Assembly: GCA_025786725.1 (NCBI GenBank)
Contig: JAHLTZ010000037.1
Coordinates: forward strand, 124,979-188,978
DNA: 64,000 nucleotides
From: Syncephalis fuscata S228
Taxonomy: Eukaryota; Fungi; Zoopagomycota
Reading direction: 5' to 3'
Below the pieces are notes generated by a model. It saw nothing but the letters and a program-made list of their open reading frames with translations, was not told the DNA's origin and ran no database searches. The translations under genes and the position numbers were made by a program. The first letter of the stretch is position 1; each line of letters starts with the position of its first letter. Shown piece after piece: positions 38,717 to 54,479 of this stretch.

Positions 38717-41700
38717 TTAGGACCAGGCGACGAGTGAAATACCACGTTGAGCAATAACTGCTCGTTCGGTACCACGCGATGGTAGTCGAACACTAAAGAG
38801 CAATTCACTACGATCGCTATTAAGATAGACAGGTAGAACCACCGATGTACTGTCTGGCGCTAGGGCATCCGATTTACGTATCCAGCGGATTTGTGATGCA
38901 GCCAACTTGGTTGATGGCTCTTTAGCCAGTTGTACGCCGTTGTCCTCTTGCCAGCGTGCACCTTCCATGCTTAGACCGGAGACGGCAAAGGCATTCATAT
39001 CACTTGGCTCGACATATTCCAAATCAAGTTCCATTTGTAACTCTTCAAGTGACCAGTTATTACGTTGGGCCACCACTTGTCGAGTAGCCGTAACGAAAGC
39101 TTCTGGAATAAATAGACCACCAAGCCATATTTGACCCAAGGCCATTTCACCTTCGGCCTCGGCAATGTTCGTTACTTGTTGAAGACGTACATTTAGATCG
39201 GCCACCCATTGGGTAAGTGTCGTTTGTTTAGAGACAGTGTAGCGACGCCAGTGATTTGGAATAAGTCCCTTGGTAAAGCAATTCATCAACATACGTAAAT
39301 GATTCGTTTGTTTAAGTTGGCCTTCACAAACAAGCTTAAGATCGGCAAGATCTTGTTGGATAGATGCGAGAAGTGAACGACCAATCTGGTTTTCACGATC
39401 AAATACTCGGAATAATGGATTTTTGATACTTTCGGCTGTACGTGGCAATTTCGGTACCGAAGCTGGTAACATTTGTTGCCAGTTTTGTACATTGGCATAG
39501 AGAGCACGCATCCAGCCTGGCTGTTGCGATCCAGCGGCGCGTGGACCTGAACTGTCCGATTCCAACTCTTCATCATCGGCCAAACTTTGCATACGACGAA
39601 CCTTTGAAAGTAATGTATGTCCTAAATAGCAAAATAGTATTAATATCATTTATGATGATTTAAATACCATTGCTTACCTTTAGTCGTTAATAGGACACGT
39701 TCAGCATTGGCCGGCAATCCAAGCCATGAAGGCGGTTCGCGTTCCGGCAACTTATTGACCCAATCCAAAAAGTGTTCCATCTTTGTACCTTCTGGAATGG
39801 TGATCGGTTTACCATCATCGCCCGTATGAACCAAAGCAAAGTCAAGATCGTAGCTCGATGGTGTAAATAGCGTATTAACGAATGAATCCAATAATTTTTG
39901 ATCAAATTCATTATCGATACGACCACCGTAGACCGATTCACTCAACAGCGTACGAATAGCATCCCATGGAATCTTTTCTGGTGAAATATTGGCTCGACCT
40001 TGAGCAACCACATCCAACCAACTATCGATGGTATTCAATGCACAGTCTTGATCCGAATCGTTAAATTCATAAATCTTTGTCCAACCTAATGGTACGTAGC
40101 GTAGACGTTCCTGCACCGTTGCGTGTAACCAGGCCAGCAAGAAGTAGAGACGAGCTCGCTCAGTTGGCCCTTTGTTAAGACGTGCAGCAGGAATACCACG
40201 TAGCGAGTCGTGTAGATTTGCCTTAATACCTGGTGGTGGTTCAAATAGCAATACACGCGACATACGCAGTAGATTGACTGGTACTTTAGGATTCGTTTCC
40301 ATTGTAAGGAAGAGACGGAACGATCTATTTGGTTTCAAGCTATGTAGTCGCTTCTCGAGTTGACCCAACCATGATGGTGCTAAATGTACATTCTTTAACA
40401 ACACCCATGTACCCGTCTTCATCGCCGAGGTAATAGCCTGATCGGCCAGTGTAAAGCCTTCGGCTGAACCCATAGCCACTGACACACATCGCACATTTGC
40501 TTCAGATGCTAGATTATCCACTCGATAACTTGCATCATAGCCAGGAATTGAGCAAAGTGCCACTGGTGTACCAGCCTTCACTTCTTCCAATACCAAGCTT
40601 TTAAAGTTCAATTCAGATTGATTAACAAAGCTTTCATCGAATACTGATTGAACGAAAAGAGAAGCAGCCGGTAACATACGATCTGGTCGCATGCACTTAA
40701 TAATCAACAAACGTCTAAACAAGTTAACCGGCGAATCTAAAAGAAAAGATAACAAACAGTATTAATAACAATAGCATTAATACTATCATACTATTCTGTT
40801 ATTACTTACCGGCATCCATTGGTCCATCCCAGCACATAGGCACACATTGTTCAGGCTCATTACTTTCCAATAATGTTTCCCATGCTGGCTCGTTATCACC
40901 AATATGTTCAATAATGTTACGGAAACAAGGTAATTTGACGTATTCACGTATACGCGCTGCTTTTTCCTCGTTAAATAGGCCAGAAGGTAAACCAATCTCT
41001 GCGGCCGACACACTACCTGTAGGTACCATATCACCACCACCACCTAGCAAGAACTCGTATTCGGCATCTTCTGCTTGGAATGGTGTGCCACGTGTCTTAA
41101 TTTGTGCCAATACCATAGCAAAGGTCAAATGGTCTTCGTGTAGCAGTGTATGGGCCACGCGCTGATATGTCACGTTAAATAGATCACGGGCCAGTACTTC
41201 TAAGCGTGAATCTGGATCTGTTAATGATTTAAGATTTGGATTCTCATTTAGAGTGTAATTAAAGATATCATAGAAGAAATCCAATGAGAACTGATAAAAG
41301 TGATGCAATAAATTCAACTGCTCCATAACAAAGTAAAGTGAACTACACGCTTGAGCCAATGGCGTATAAATCTTTGTCGTGGCATCCACTTCTTGCATAA
41401 TACTATCCGTCTCTTCCACTTTGCGTGATACTTCGGCCGCTTCTTTCTTCAATGTCTCGAGTGTAGTAATAATATTATCGTCATCGAGAATATTACCCGT
41501 CGTCTCACTAAGCGCTTGCAATAGCGACTTCTCCAAATGACGTAAACGTAATTTGAATTCGCCTTGCAGCTTAATCAAATCGGTACGCTTCTTGTCCACG
41601 TCTGGTCGCTCCACCTTCAATACCTTGTTCAAACACTGGCTTTGTAAACTACTACGTGTTACCGTAAAGTTAACAAATGTAACACGACTGCACACGTCAG

Positions 41701-44700
41701 GCGGGAAGTTCACCGATGGATCACGTGTCGATAAGAAGAGCGTAAAGCTGGGTGAAAAGTCAATGTCTTGTCCACCCAAGCGAATAAGTACACGACCACC
41801 CGTACGGCGTAATTCCTTATTAAGTACCGGATTAAGAATAGGATCAAGATTTTCCACGTCTTGAATAAGCAGCGGATTACCAAAACGTAATGCACTTTCC
41901 AAGTTCTTAAGGAAAGCATCATCAAGGAAACTAGTCACGGTAATCTTACGATCCTTGTATTCATTTACCAAGAAAGCCGTGGCTTGTCCCGATGGATCAA
42001 TAATCAGCGGATACCTGTTGAATCGTTTAAGCATAATGGCATTTTCGGTACACAGATCATCGGCCGGTAGTGAGTTAGCCTGCCAGCCCAGCCGTTCATC
42101 GGCACTCGACAAGTATTCGTAAGTGACAGATCCTTCTTAAACGATATATTCGACTTGATAAGGTGATCGATCCAATGATTACATAGCAGTTCACGATAAT
42201 GTTGGTCAAAGTAGCCGCCATAAGCCATAAAAGCGGCAGATAGCAATACATCACCAACAATGGTGGCCATTTGTGTCTCGAATGTTTGACTGCCGGCTTC
42301 CCAACGTTCCTTTTCGGATGACAAACTATCAAGCAACATGACACTTCGATCGACCTTCGACTTGACACGTTCCATTTCCAGTTTAATGGCTTGTACTTCA
42401 CTGATTAACATGGCGTATTCATCCTTGTACCGAGCAATACTGGCTTCTAATTCACCAATCATCTTTTCAATAGACGCGGCTTGTACCTTAGTATCTTCGG
42501 CACTCTGTTCCAAGTCATACACTTCCTGACGTAGTGGACCAACTCTATCGAGGATTTCTGAATAATTCACCTGAGCAATGACCCATTTAACAAGTGGACC
42601 ACAAGCACGCGATGCACGATCCACAACTTCAAAGTTGTAATTAGCATTACTTAAATAGTCACGCTTCATCTTTTCACGTAATGATCGTTGCATACGGCCT
42701 TCTGTGTCATAATTCAAAATACTTGAAATAAAGTCATCACGACGTAGAATTTGTTGGATAGTACGCCAATCACTAAACTTATGACCTAATAGTGTGCACA
42801 CCGATTCCATAGCCAGTTTAACGGGTACAGGTGGATTGGCCATAGAACGTACTTCCGTCAATTGATTACGCTTGATACCACTGACGGCGCTTTGGGCCTC
42901 TTCTACAGCTGGTTCAGCATTGGCCAAGTCGTGCATTACTACTCGACGGCGTTCTTCAATCTCTTTATTCTGCACATTCAATGCTTCTTGAATTTAATAG
43001 AGGCTGTTTTCTTTTGTTCAGCTTCTTGTTGATCGGCCACCATCTTCTTTAGCTTTTCATTAGCCTCTCTATTCTTGGCTTCCAGCTCATTATTCTTAAT
43101 AGCTAGACTCTTACGTAGTTCTTCTACTTGCACCACGGTATCGCGCAACTTTTCCAAACCAATATTTAAATGGCGCTGTTGTTCTTCCAAATCATCGCGC
43201 TTCTCATTAAATAGTCGTACATAATGATTAATAAAGTCGAGGAAGTGACGTGGTGTAGCATAGTTGTATCGGCCTTGTCGCTTACTAACCTTGGCATTAA
43301 TCTCATACAACGATTGATGTACATAGACGAATGCATTAACAATAGCATCGCGATAAGTAGGTGGCATTGGCAGGTCACGATAGGCAATTTGCAGCGTATT
43401 CGGTGCCGTGTATAATGGCTGATCCAAGTCAAGGTTATTAGTAAATTCCTTGCCGACTTGGAAGAAGGCTTGATCGGACCAGTCACCGAACCAATCAAGT
43501 ACACATCGATTGAACAAGGCCGGCGAAGTGGCAGCACGTGAACTAAGACCGCCTTCAGGTGGATTCATAGTAAATACAACGTGCAGATTCTTCATTACTT
43601 GATGAGTGAACCATTTATAAAGTTCATCATGTGAATCAAGCATCAATCCTTCTTTCTGTGCACCTTCTTTACACTGAGTCATTAAGGCTGAGTATTCATC
43701 ACCTTCGAATAGACCAGGTACTTCAGCATTGGCCAATAGCGTATTCATACGTTCAAGGAAACCAGAGTCAAGTACATTGGATTCATCCATAATAAAACAA
43801 ATCTTTTCACTCTTACAACCAGCACGTCGTAGTACAGTACGCAAATCTTCGTCAAAGTCATCACCGGTATATTTGTTATGAGCCTTAATCTGGAATACAC
43901 TAAGACCATTCATCCAAGCACAGAATCTAGATAATGTAGTCTAAAAAGTATTATTAAATGTTAGTAAATATATATATATATATTAATTAATTAATATTTT
44001 TACTTACTTTACCAGATCCAGATACACCAATTAACAACAAGTGACCCTGCATTTGTCGGAATACTCGATCAATACGTAATACGTGTTCGAGCACATCATT
44101 GAATAGTACAAGTGGCACATCCAATTCTTCTTCATAAAACACTTTAAGACGCGCTTTAACAAAGTCGCGTAATTCTTCTCGTTCAACAGGAATATAATCC
44201 TTTGATAGCCAGGTTGAATAGAGAATGGGTCGATATAGTGATTCATTCTGATTAATACCTGGGAAGTGACGCATCGCTACTTGATCGATATTATCATCGG
44301 TCCATTTACGTTCATCTTCAGTTACTAAACGATCCTGGAATAGACGTAATGCTTCATGGGCCCATATACGCACTAGTCCTTCAACACTAAGCGTTTCTAG
44401 TGGTTTAATCGCTTCAAATATACCACGCATCCATCGCGTTAATTCACGCGGTGAATAGATATAATGGGCTTGATTATCTGGCGTGAAATGCTTTTGTGAC
44501 ATTAAATAAAATTCAACCATTGCATTCGTTAATGGTTCAGCATAACCACGTAAAGTAGGTACTACTTTAAGCATAGCTCGTGTAAATGTACCATAAATTT
44601 GTCGTAATGAAATCTCTCCTGGATAATCAACCATAACGAGTGGTGAATGACGTAAGAATCGATGCGATAATGGTACACGACCTGGATCTGTAGGTGGATT

Positions 44701-47700
44701 ACAAGCACCTACAAATTGGATACGTTCCAGTGATACCCATGCCTTATCGGTGGTACGCCAAAAGCCATTACATTCAATTAATTGACGCAAGAATGAAATG
44801 ACGCGTTGCGTGGCATATTTATCGGTGGCCGGCAAGTTAATCTCATCACAAAATACCACTAGCCATTTGCCAATAAGTATAGGGGACAATATAACACCAT
44901 TTGGCGTCTTTCGGTATTCACAATACTGTTCAAAGGTCTTTAGAATAAGCTCTGGCGTAGTGGCACTGGAGAAGTTAAGGCCCACAACTTCCATATCGGG
45001 TAATTTACGCAGTGCACTAAATAGCGTCATTGTTTTACCTGAACCAGGTGGACCACACAACATTAGTGGTTTATGTTCAGACAACCACGAGTAGAGTACT
45101 TCTTCATGTCGAACAGTATCCATCGTTGGAATAACGACGTCTGCCTGTGATACAGTTTGGGTCTCGATTTCAATAGTGGGTACTTTGCCTTCCCATGCCG
45201 ACCATTCCGCTGTCTTGACATCAACGTCATAGTCAAGCACTGATCCACCGACGGATGGTAGTTCAATGGTGGTAATACCGCGTATATATTCACCAAGTTG
45301 AGCACGGATATCTAATTTACCATCACCGGAGAAACTCCAGATAATAGAGTAGATAAGTCGGCGTGATACATAGTTCTCTAGATGTTCAGCCGCCATAGGG
45401 AAATCAACGTGCTGTGAATTGTATTCAACAATATTGCGGATGGTCTTGTTCAATAGTGAGAACAGTGTAGTCATCACACGCATACGAGTAAAGTCCATAA
45501 TGTGTACCAGTGTATTGGCATAAGCAAGTGATTTAGCAATAATACCATCCAATGTAAAGTGTGTTTCAAGTACATTGGCCACTGCTCGCTGTACAACCAT
45601 GGCGGGTGTCATCGATGGATCATCAACGTCTTTTCTACGCGAAGCAGATACATTCATATCTTCATCGACATCATCTAGTGGATCGGCAAGAATAGTCTCA
45701 AGGTAATGGCTGAATATCATCGGTAGAGTGACAACCTCTTCACTGAACCACACCATACCACAACGACTAACAGTAGCAAGTGTGGCGTATTTCAAGTTTT
45801 CAACTTCAAACATAATACGGACATTTGGAGGAAGACCGAGACGTTCACCATTAGGCAGCGTTAATAGTCGATTGTCATCAAGGACACTATTCAAATTTTC
45901 TACCCATTCTGGATCGACATCGCCGTCAAAGATGATCCAGTGACGTTTGGTGCTTTCACCACGCACATTATCGACGATTTTACGTAGAATATGCGTAAAT
46001 AGACCATCAGTCCATTCACGAGTAGTTGGGTCGAGTGTGCCATAAAGTAATTCTTTAGACATGGCCTTGGGATCAATGACATAAGAAACGCCTTCAACGC
46101 TTTCAACGCGTTCCATGGCTTCAAGTAGGATTTGCCAGGCCTTGGATTTACCAGAACCAGATGGACCGACCATCATTAGACCGTGATTAATATTTTGGAT
46201 TTGATAGACCTGTAGTACTTTCTCCATCCATAAATCACCGGCCAATAAATGGCGTTCTTTACAAACGTTTTTGATTTCAACACGTAACTTGTCAAGATCA
46301 ACTGGTTTGTAATCGACACCAGGGAACACATCCGACAACAGACTATAACAAACAAGTAAATATATAAATAGATATTAGTATCATCTATCATTAATAATAC
46401 AAACTTACCTTTGAAGCAGTGGAATGTCATCGGCTACTAGTTTTGGCACCATGGTTTCACGTATACTTTGAATAAGGATTTCTTGTTCCGATGTACCTTC
46501 TGACATTTGTTCTACGCCACCATCGGCTACATTGCCTGATTCGAGGGCAGCACGCATACTTTGTAAACGGTCTCGTTTCAAGTTACCGGCTGTAACGAGC
46601 ACACTCTTAAGGGCACGTAATCCAAAGTCATAATGAGACTGTGGCGATAATTGTTCGGAACATAGATTGAATAGCGGTACAACCTTGGAAGCGAGCAATT
46701 CAGCAGTACGGAAACCTTGGGAGTAAAGCATGACTTGGGCAATTAATTCACGATCTGGCTTGGTCATGGCCATACTACGGAACAATTTCTTCAAGTTATC
46801 TGGTAAATTGGAACGACCAGCATAGCCAGGATTCATAGTAATAAAGATACCTAGTAATAATAAATAAATATTGTTAGTATTAATACGGCAACATAACAAT
46901 AACACTATTATTAATTATTATTATTATTAATTACTTACCGGTATCGGCATTAATCTTTATATTCTTTTCAACTATTTCGACTTCATGATTTGGATTGGTT
47001 CTCAATTCCTTAAGTCCCAATTGAATACTTTGTACTTGTTGTGATACAGCACTTAAAATACGTTCTTCCAATCGATTGAATTCATCGAAACAGCCCCATG
47101 CACCAACCATACATAGACCAACAAAAATACGACCCATAGCTTGGAAATCGAATGTTTCATCACAACAAAAGACAAGAACAAATCGACCCAATTGGACACC
47201 AAGTGCCTTGACCGATTCAGTTTTACTATTAATCATTATTAGTGGTAGTATTGAAACAATAATCTATTAAACTTACCCTGTACCGGCTGGTCCAAATGGT
47301 GAACCACCTAGACGACCTTCCAATGCTTGGGTCAATGTTAAATAGCAACGATCGGTCAATGGCGTCTGTACTAGACGATCTGGTACACCAAGATATTCAT
47401 AGCCGTAGTAGAAGGTGGCATTGGCCATATGAATACTTAAGCGTTGCAATGGATTATCAACGCTGGCTGAATAGTAAAAGCGCATTTGATACAACCAGTT
47501 GAAGTCTTTAGTTGAACGAACTTGATCACGAATCATTAAACGGATGACATCACGTTGATGTACAAGTTCAGTGATAAGATGTTCGCATTTACAACGTTTA
47601 ATAGCTGGTAAATTAGTTAATACCGTATCAGCCAATAAATTAAGACCTCTTGCTACCACTTGCAATGCTTCGTTTAATGGTTCAGCCAAATCATTGGCAT

Positions 47701-50700
47701 TACTATTGGCCGGTAGCTCAGATATGGTAGCAAGTGCCTTTTCGACCGACTGAGTCCATACCGCTTGAGCGGCTAATACGACTAATTGAGCTGGATAGCG
47801 ATCAATCCATTCCAAGAATGCATCACGGCCTAGTTCAGCACCAAGGAAGAACGTGCTCATTTCAACGACAGCTTCGCCAAGTAGCAATGCTAATGACATA
47901 CGCATTTCCTTCTCCAACAAGGCAAGCCAGTCATTAATCTTCTCATTGTCTTTGATAGAGACTGGTGTACGGAACAGCACTTCTTCGCCTTCACGGGATG
48001 ACATACCAAGAATAGTCGATAGATCTTCACTTAGTACAATGCTATTAATACCGGCAAACATCTTCTTGAAATGTTTTTGAATACGCATAATATCCTTGCT
48101 ATTACCAATGATTTCCAGTAAATCTTCATCGCCAACAAAGTAGAACCGAGGGAAGCTGGATCGTTCACGTTCCAAGTATTCACCTAATGCCTTTTGTATT
48201 TTGCTCAATAGATCGGCCAATCGTTCAAGTGACTTTTGGATATTCTGGATATTAAGAATATCAAGCACAAATGGTGACTTGTACACCTTCTTCATCACCG
48301 TTAAGAATTCAGTATTGATATTTTGGAATCGAGATGATTCAACTGGCATAAGATGTTTGATGGCTGCACTGCCTGCAAAGATACCTTCCAAGTTGGCCCA
48401 TTGTCGTTGTACATCAATCCAGACATCGAATAGAACGTGGATTCTATTTAGCTTTTCCTCCCAGCTAGATGCTTCTTCTTCAAATACTTTGTAATAAGGT
48501 GAAAGTCTCATAGCTTGTAGTGAATTTAAATGTTCACCACACTTGGCAAATAGTTCATCCCAACCTTTGATCAATCGACATCTAAATTTCATTTTATATA
48601 TTAATATTTGTCCATCCATCCATCTATTTATCTATATCAATATAGTAACGCTTACTTGTTTTGGAAATTGACCAGTTCTAATACGTAATTGGTCCATGTT
48701 TCTTTAACTTGCTTCAAAAATTCTTCAAGGGCCATTTCACCTTGAGCACCGGTAATTACTTCACGTACTATGGCTTCATTGCGTTTGAGATCAAAGTCCC
48801 ACAAGTGGCCAACGGTCATTTCAGATAATAAAATGGTTTTATCTGTACGTAGCATTTTAAATAATTGACGCCAATGCCGTTCACGTAAAGCATCGGATTT
48901 CAATTCAGTTAATAGTACATTAACTTTGATATAGCCACGAATAGTTTCTTGCATGTATTCAAAGGCGGCATATTGACGCATACGATTGGGCATTTCTTTG
49001 GTTGAAGTCATGAGATTGTTAAGTTGCTCACGTACTTTACGTGGCACGACACTGGTCCATAGTGTGTCTTTAATTTCATAAACCGATTGCCATACGTTGG
49101 ATAAGGCAGACCATACTGATTTAAGATCGCGTAATTCTTCAAGTACCGGTTCAAGTCGGTTGTCGCTGGTTAACTCAAGATCGAGTGCTTCTTTAGCGCG
49201 GCATAGGGCGTCATATTCATCCTTGGATCGAGTAACACGGCCTTCGAAGATGTTAAGCGTGTTGGTGGCAATGTCTGGTTTGATATCGCCTTGGACTGGC
49301 TTGTTGGACTCCCATTCACCAACAAGAGCACGAATCTTTTCTTCAATAATTTTATCTTCAGCAATGATCTTCATTTGTAGACCAGCTAATCCAATTGTAA
49401 GTATTTGTCTGTTATATACAGATATATAGATATGGATATTATTATATCCACCATTACTTACCAACTTGTTCTTGAATAGCGTTGTTTTTACGCGTTAAAA
49501 TTTCATTAAAAGCACTCCATTCGCCTTCAATTTGATCGACATAAAGCCAATCATTTGAAAATTGGTAGCGTTGTCGTTCAAGCGTCTTTTGACCTTGGCG
49601 GAATAGTTCAACATCAACGGTCCACTTGTTAACCTTCTTCTTCAAGTCTTGCAACAGCGTAATAAATGACACTGCTTCACTAGTGGCTGCACTATCGACA
49701 GAGTGCTGTTCAAGGTCAAATCGAGCCTTTGATACTGAAGAATGGAATTCACGCATGCCATTGCCAAGCATAGCACCAAACTTGTTAAGCAATTCACGTT
49801 GCCATGAATCATATTTGGCATTAACTTTGCTTTGCACTTGTTCATAGTCAATGATCATTGGGCCAAATGATTTTTCTGTTTCGGCATTATCAAATGTGCC
49901 ACGGGCCTTTTTAATCTCTAGCAAGATTTGTTGCCATTGAGCAAGATCATCACCAAGACGGGTTTGTACGTAATTTGATTCCAAATCCCATAATGATTGA
50001 TATTGAAGCCAGATGTTCACATATTCACTGACTTGTTTAACCTTATTTTCAATCATTTCATAGACTCGTTCTAACGAATCATCGCCCATACGCATCAATA
50101 GACTGGCGTATGTTTGATCTTGATCAGTTAGACCGTGGATATTAAGGCCAAGATCGTAGCGTGTACTTTGAACACGCGGTAAATGGCATACAATGGCCAA
50201 CCATGAGTGAAGTTGATTGTACCAACTGGCACGGGCCTGTTCAATAGGCGGATCCAGATACATGACTTGATTGCGAATACGGATTTCATGAACGAGTACT
50301 TTAAGTGCTGGTTTGGCTGCATCAACTTCGGCAGCCTCGGTGTCATCATCGGCAGTTAAGCCACGACGACGCTGCTTCTTCTTGTTGATAAGTTCACGTT
50401 CCAGATTATCGTCTTCACTGGCATTCTGGAATTCATGCATCCATACTTTAACCGCTTGTTGTAGGCGGGCATTAAGCACCGATTCAACTTTACGATCAAG
50501 TGCAGCGACCCAATTGCCAAGGTTAGAATAGCCTTCAAGATTGAGACGATCAACAAGCTTCTGAATACGGTCGAGTAATTCGGTCAACTTCTCACTATTG
50601 TAGACACAATGCTGCAATTCTTCAACGGCATTGGCAATGTTTTCATAATAGTCGACCAACGCATCTACCTTATCACGATAAATGCTTACTACACTGGCAA

Positions 50701-53700
50701 ATTCACGTACAAATAAGACGTGACGACTTTCACGGCCTTCACCACTTGAACTGTAGGTAATGGCCAATGAACGTTGATGTGCTTCAAACGCATTAACAAA
50801 ATAGTCCCAACGAAGTGTAATACCTTTGCTGACCATATGCTGTACATCGCGATGATAGCCGGCAACTAGAATAGCAATATCGCCATGCTGATCGACTTTA
50901 TGGACCGTTTGCGTGTAAGTTCGAGTCGTTTCCATTAAACTGACGGCAAAAGGATAGACACGCTTGGCGTCTTTAGCAATATTCGTAATAGAATGTGGCA
51001 CTTGGAATCCAAGCCATAATAGATTGCGCACTTCTTTGAACAGCGTAATAACCTGAGCATCAAAGTTAACACCAAGCTGTAGCGCATTATTCATTGCTCG
51101 ATTGCGAGTAATAACAAAGATACGGCCTGAAACTTTAAGGTCGCGATTGCCAATTTCCAACACCCATCCATCGTATACTTTGCGTGTATCAAGCTTTTGA
51201 CGGAATCCATTGCTTTCATTCTGCAAACGCTGACCTTCTGCGTACATTTCCCAGCCTTTACCAAGTACGTCTTCAACACGCTTCATATACGTCTTAAGTT
51301 GGCGTTCAATTTGACGAGCCCAAATAATAGCACCGGAAATGGGTGGCAAATCACGTAACTGACTCATGTGATATGCTTCAGAACTGCGATAGTTCTGTGT
51401 AAACTTCTCGTGTAGTCGCTTAATATCATCTTTAACGCTGTCAATAAGCTGCGTTTGATATTCTTGAATAGCACCACGAATCTTTGGACGAACGAAAAGA
51501 GCATTAAACTTTGAAAATACACGAAACATTTCATTGGCGTTCTTTGCTGTGCCAAGTCGGTCACGTAGACTGGCAATCATTTGGTTTTCAACACGGGATA
51601 CTCGTTCGTTGTACGTATTTTCTGCACCAACCCACATTTCAGTACCTTCAACTGAAACATCGAGTACATCGATGTTTTTCATGACTTCATAAGCCAGCAC
51701 AACCTCTTCAACTGCATCAATGTCTTCAGCAGCCATAGGCTCAACCGTTGCTTCACCTTTGGTGGCTGTAATAACAGGACGGGCCATTACACGTACAATA
51801 GTTTGATGCAATTGTTCGTGTTGTTTACGGAATGTACATACAATCGAGATACGCTGCTGAAGCATGGCATGGGCTGCGTTAATCTTGATGGGCAAAAACT
51901 TTTCATTACGTCGACGTGTCACTTCACGTGCCACACTAGTAAATTCTTTGACTAATTCATCCCATGTACGGAATACTTTTTCTGCACCGGCTGTTGCCTA
52001 TAAGTATAAATACAAATATAGATACAAATATACGATTAATACATGATTAATATATAATAGTATAAATAGCATTATATTACCTTATCAAAATCATCATAAT
52101 CCATATACATAAGACGACGGCTACCAAGCACTCGAAGTAATTGATCGTTTAAATCACGGGAAATGGTTTCAACCAACGGCAAAGCACGTCGAATAGGATA
52201 TGGTCTATTATGCAAATAAACAAATTAATAGACATGTGTTGGTTATTTAATACAACTAGTAGAATAATGACAAAATAACTTACGATAAACGTAGCTTTCG
52301 ATTTAAATGGCCAAAGATAAGCGTCAACGCTTCATGGCATCGATCGACATCAGTAGCCGATAACAGCTCATTGAGCGGAAAGTCTTTCATCAATTGATTA
52401 TACTTGAACACTATATAAAATATACAATATTAAACAATTAACGATGGATTGTATTAATAATACAATAGTTTACCTTTTTCCATGCCTTCTTTAAGACCAG
52501 TATCAGCTAGAAAACTGACCGTAGCATGGAAACGTTTGGCATGTTTAAGAATATCAAGTGTAAGTTCTAATATCGTTAAATTAGTATACAATTCATAGTG
52601 TTATTAATGCAATTACTAAATACTTACGAATTTGATCACTTTTTAACTGTTCATCAATACGTTCAAGTGCACGTTCCATGCTTAACCAAAAGTTAATTTC
52701 TTGAATAGCTTGACCAGACGATGGATCACGTGACAGTTTTGTGACCTTTTGAATCTCTTTAATCCAGCCATTAACATCGGCTTGCAATCGATTAAGGAAT
52801 GAAGAGTCGCTTAATAACGATTGATCGATAGCATCGACAGTAACGCGACGACCTTGCTCGCGACATTTATCGACGGCACGCTGAACAACTGGGTGGATTA
52901 AAAGATTAATTTCTGGAATTTCCACATTCTGTTGCAAATGTAACAATGACAATTCAAGTTCGGCAAACTTCTTCTTAGCCATGGGAATACCCATTCGTGC
53001 GTCCTTTTCAGGATCACGTTTACTAGTGCCAGTATTGCTAACTAGTTCTTGCTTGCTCTTAGAATTGACGTAGGCATTAAAGTAGGGACTGACGGCCAAA
53101 TGGATATAGGCATGAAGTGCCTCGTATGGACTAACCATCGTTGTTGTAGTGGCCGTTGGATGATTGGCTGCACCTGCTTCATCGGCCGATTCAATAGTAG
53201 GCGATGTAGGCGGTAGAGCAGCAATAGCGGGATCTGAATCATCTTCAGAGGCTGGACCAGGCAAGTTAATAAACTGCAACTGTGACTGCAATGGACGAGC
53301 AGCTTCCAGAATAGATTGCCGTTTAATAAGTGCCACGGATGCCACTAGCGAATTAGAGTAACTAATTTCCGCCTTAATGGCATAGCTAAAAGCAAAACGA
53401 GCCGATGACTCGGCTAATAAATAGTATTGTATATTAGTATATAATCATTAAAAATATATTATAAATAAAGTTAATTACCATCACTACCGTCATCCGACTG
53501 TTCAACACGTTCTTTAATCACGTAGATCACTTGACACTGTGGATCACTGATAAAACGACGACATAAATCCTGAGCATCTGGATAGGAAAAAAGCGATGTG
53601 GAGACATCCTCGGTACGAGCACTAAGAACTAGAGGTAGCAAACGTTCCAAGTACTCGCGTAACATATAAGGCTCAGCTGGCGTAGTCGTTGCTGCTGCCG

Positions 53701-53755
53701 CCGCTTCCAGTGCCTCGGTAGTCACGGCACTGGCTAGCAAAGTATCATCTTCCAT
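38717..53755 (-). CDS. DYN1: Cytoplasmic dynein heavy chain, multi-exon
   Basis: P-loops [32 protein letters not shown]; [26 protein letters not shown], stalk/MTBD segment; apparent 1-nt deletions near 42995 and 42119. Confidence 0.98.
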
Positions 53756-54479
53756 GATGGAAGTTGTTTACTGCAACAAACACGCGCGCACACACACGTA
53801 CGCACACACAATCAAATATAGTAAATAAACAAGAGTCTATCGTAGAGTAGTATATAATATTAATATTAGTTAAAATAAACAAGAAAAGTAACTGTAAAAC
53901 TATAGATAGTAGAGTAATACTTACGCGTCTTAACTGGGTTTAATACAGTACAAGTATACGCACTCGTACCAACACCACACTTGGTAATAATAATAAGTTC
54001 AAAAGTAGTAAATACACCGTATAAATAACGATGAAAGAATAAGATGAACAGATGGTGACGTGGAAGGATGAAGAAAGAAAAGCGGAAACTGAAGTGGCAA
54101 TGTCTATAGATAGTTGTAGTCTACAATAGAATTGATTGGTCGGGATAAATGTGCGTATGATATGTGGGGATTTGATTCAACAGAAGAACGTGATTAATAA
54201 ATTACAATGGATAACAGTATAGACTGAATAGTCTTGAATTGATTGGATAAAAGAATAACACGTGCGCATATGACTTATAGGATAGACGATACTGATAACG
54301 CGATAGTATTACTAGTTGGACTAGATATAATTCAATTGGAGTATAATTATTACAATTAGTATTGGTATTATTACTATCATTTTATTACACAATTGTGTGT
54401 TCTTATCATTTTAATCATATAATGTTTATTGGTATCAAGTAGTAAACATAAGAATACAAATCAATCACAAGTAGGTATG

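Noticed and set aside
42004-43913. Dynein as split gene, pseudogene or programmed frameshift
   Set aside because: Sequence is otherwise highly conserved, no slippery or stimulatory signals are evident, and the same error type recurs in other genes
38907-53361. Antisense and alternate-frame ORFs within dynein
   Set aside because: Expected shadows of a long coding sequence
23503-53755. Microtubule/polarity gene cluster (TBCA, Mob2, dynein)
   Set aside because: Interspersed with unrelated genes; no evidence beyond chance proximity
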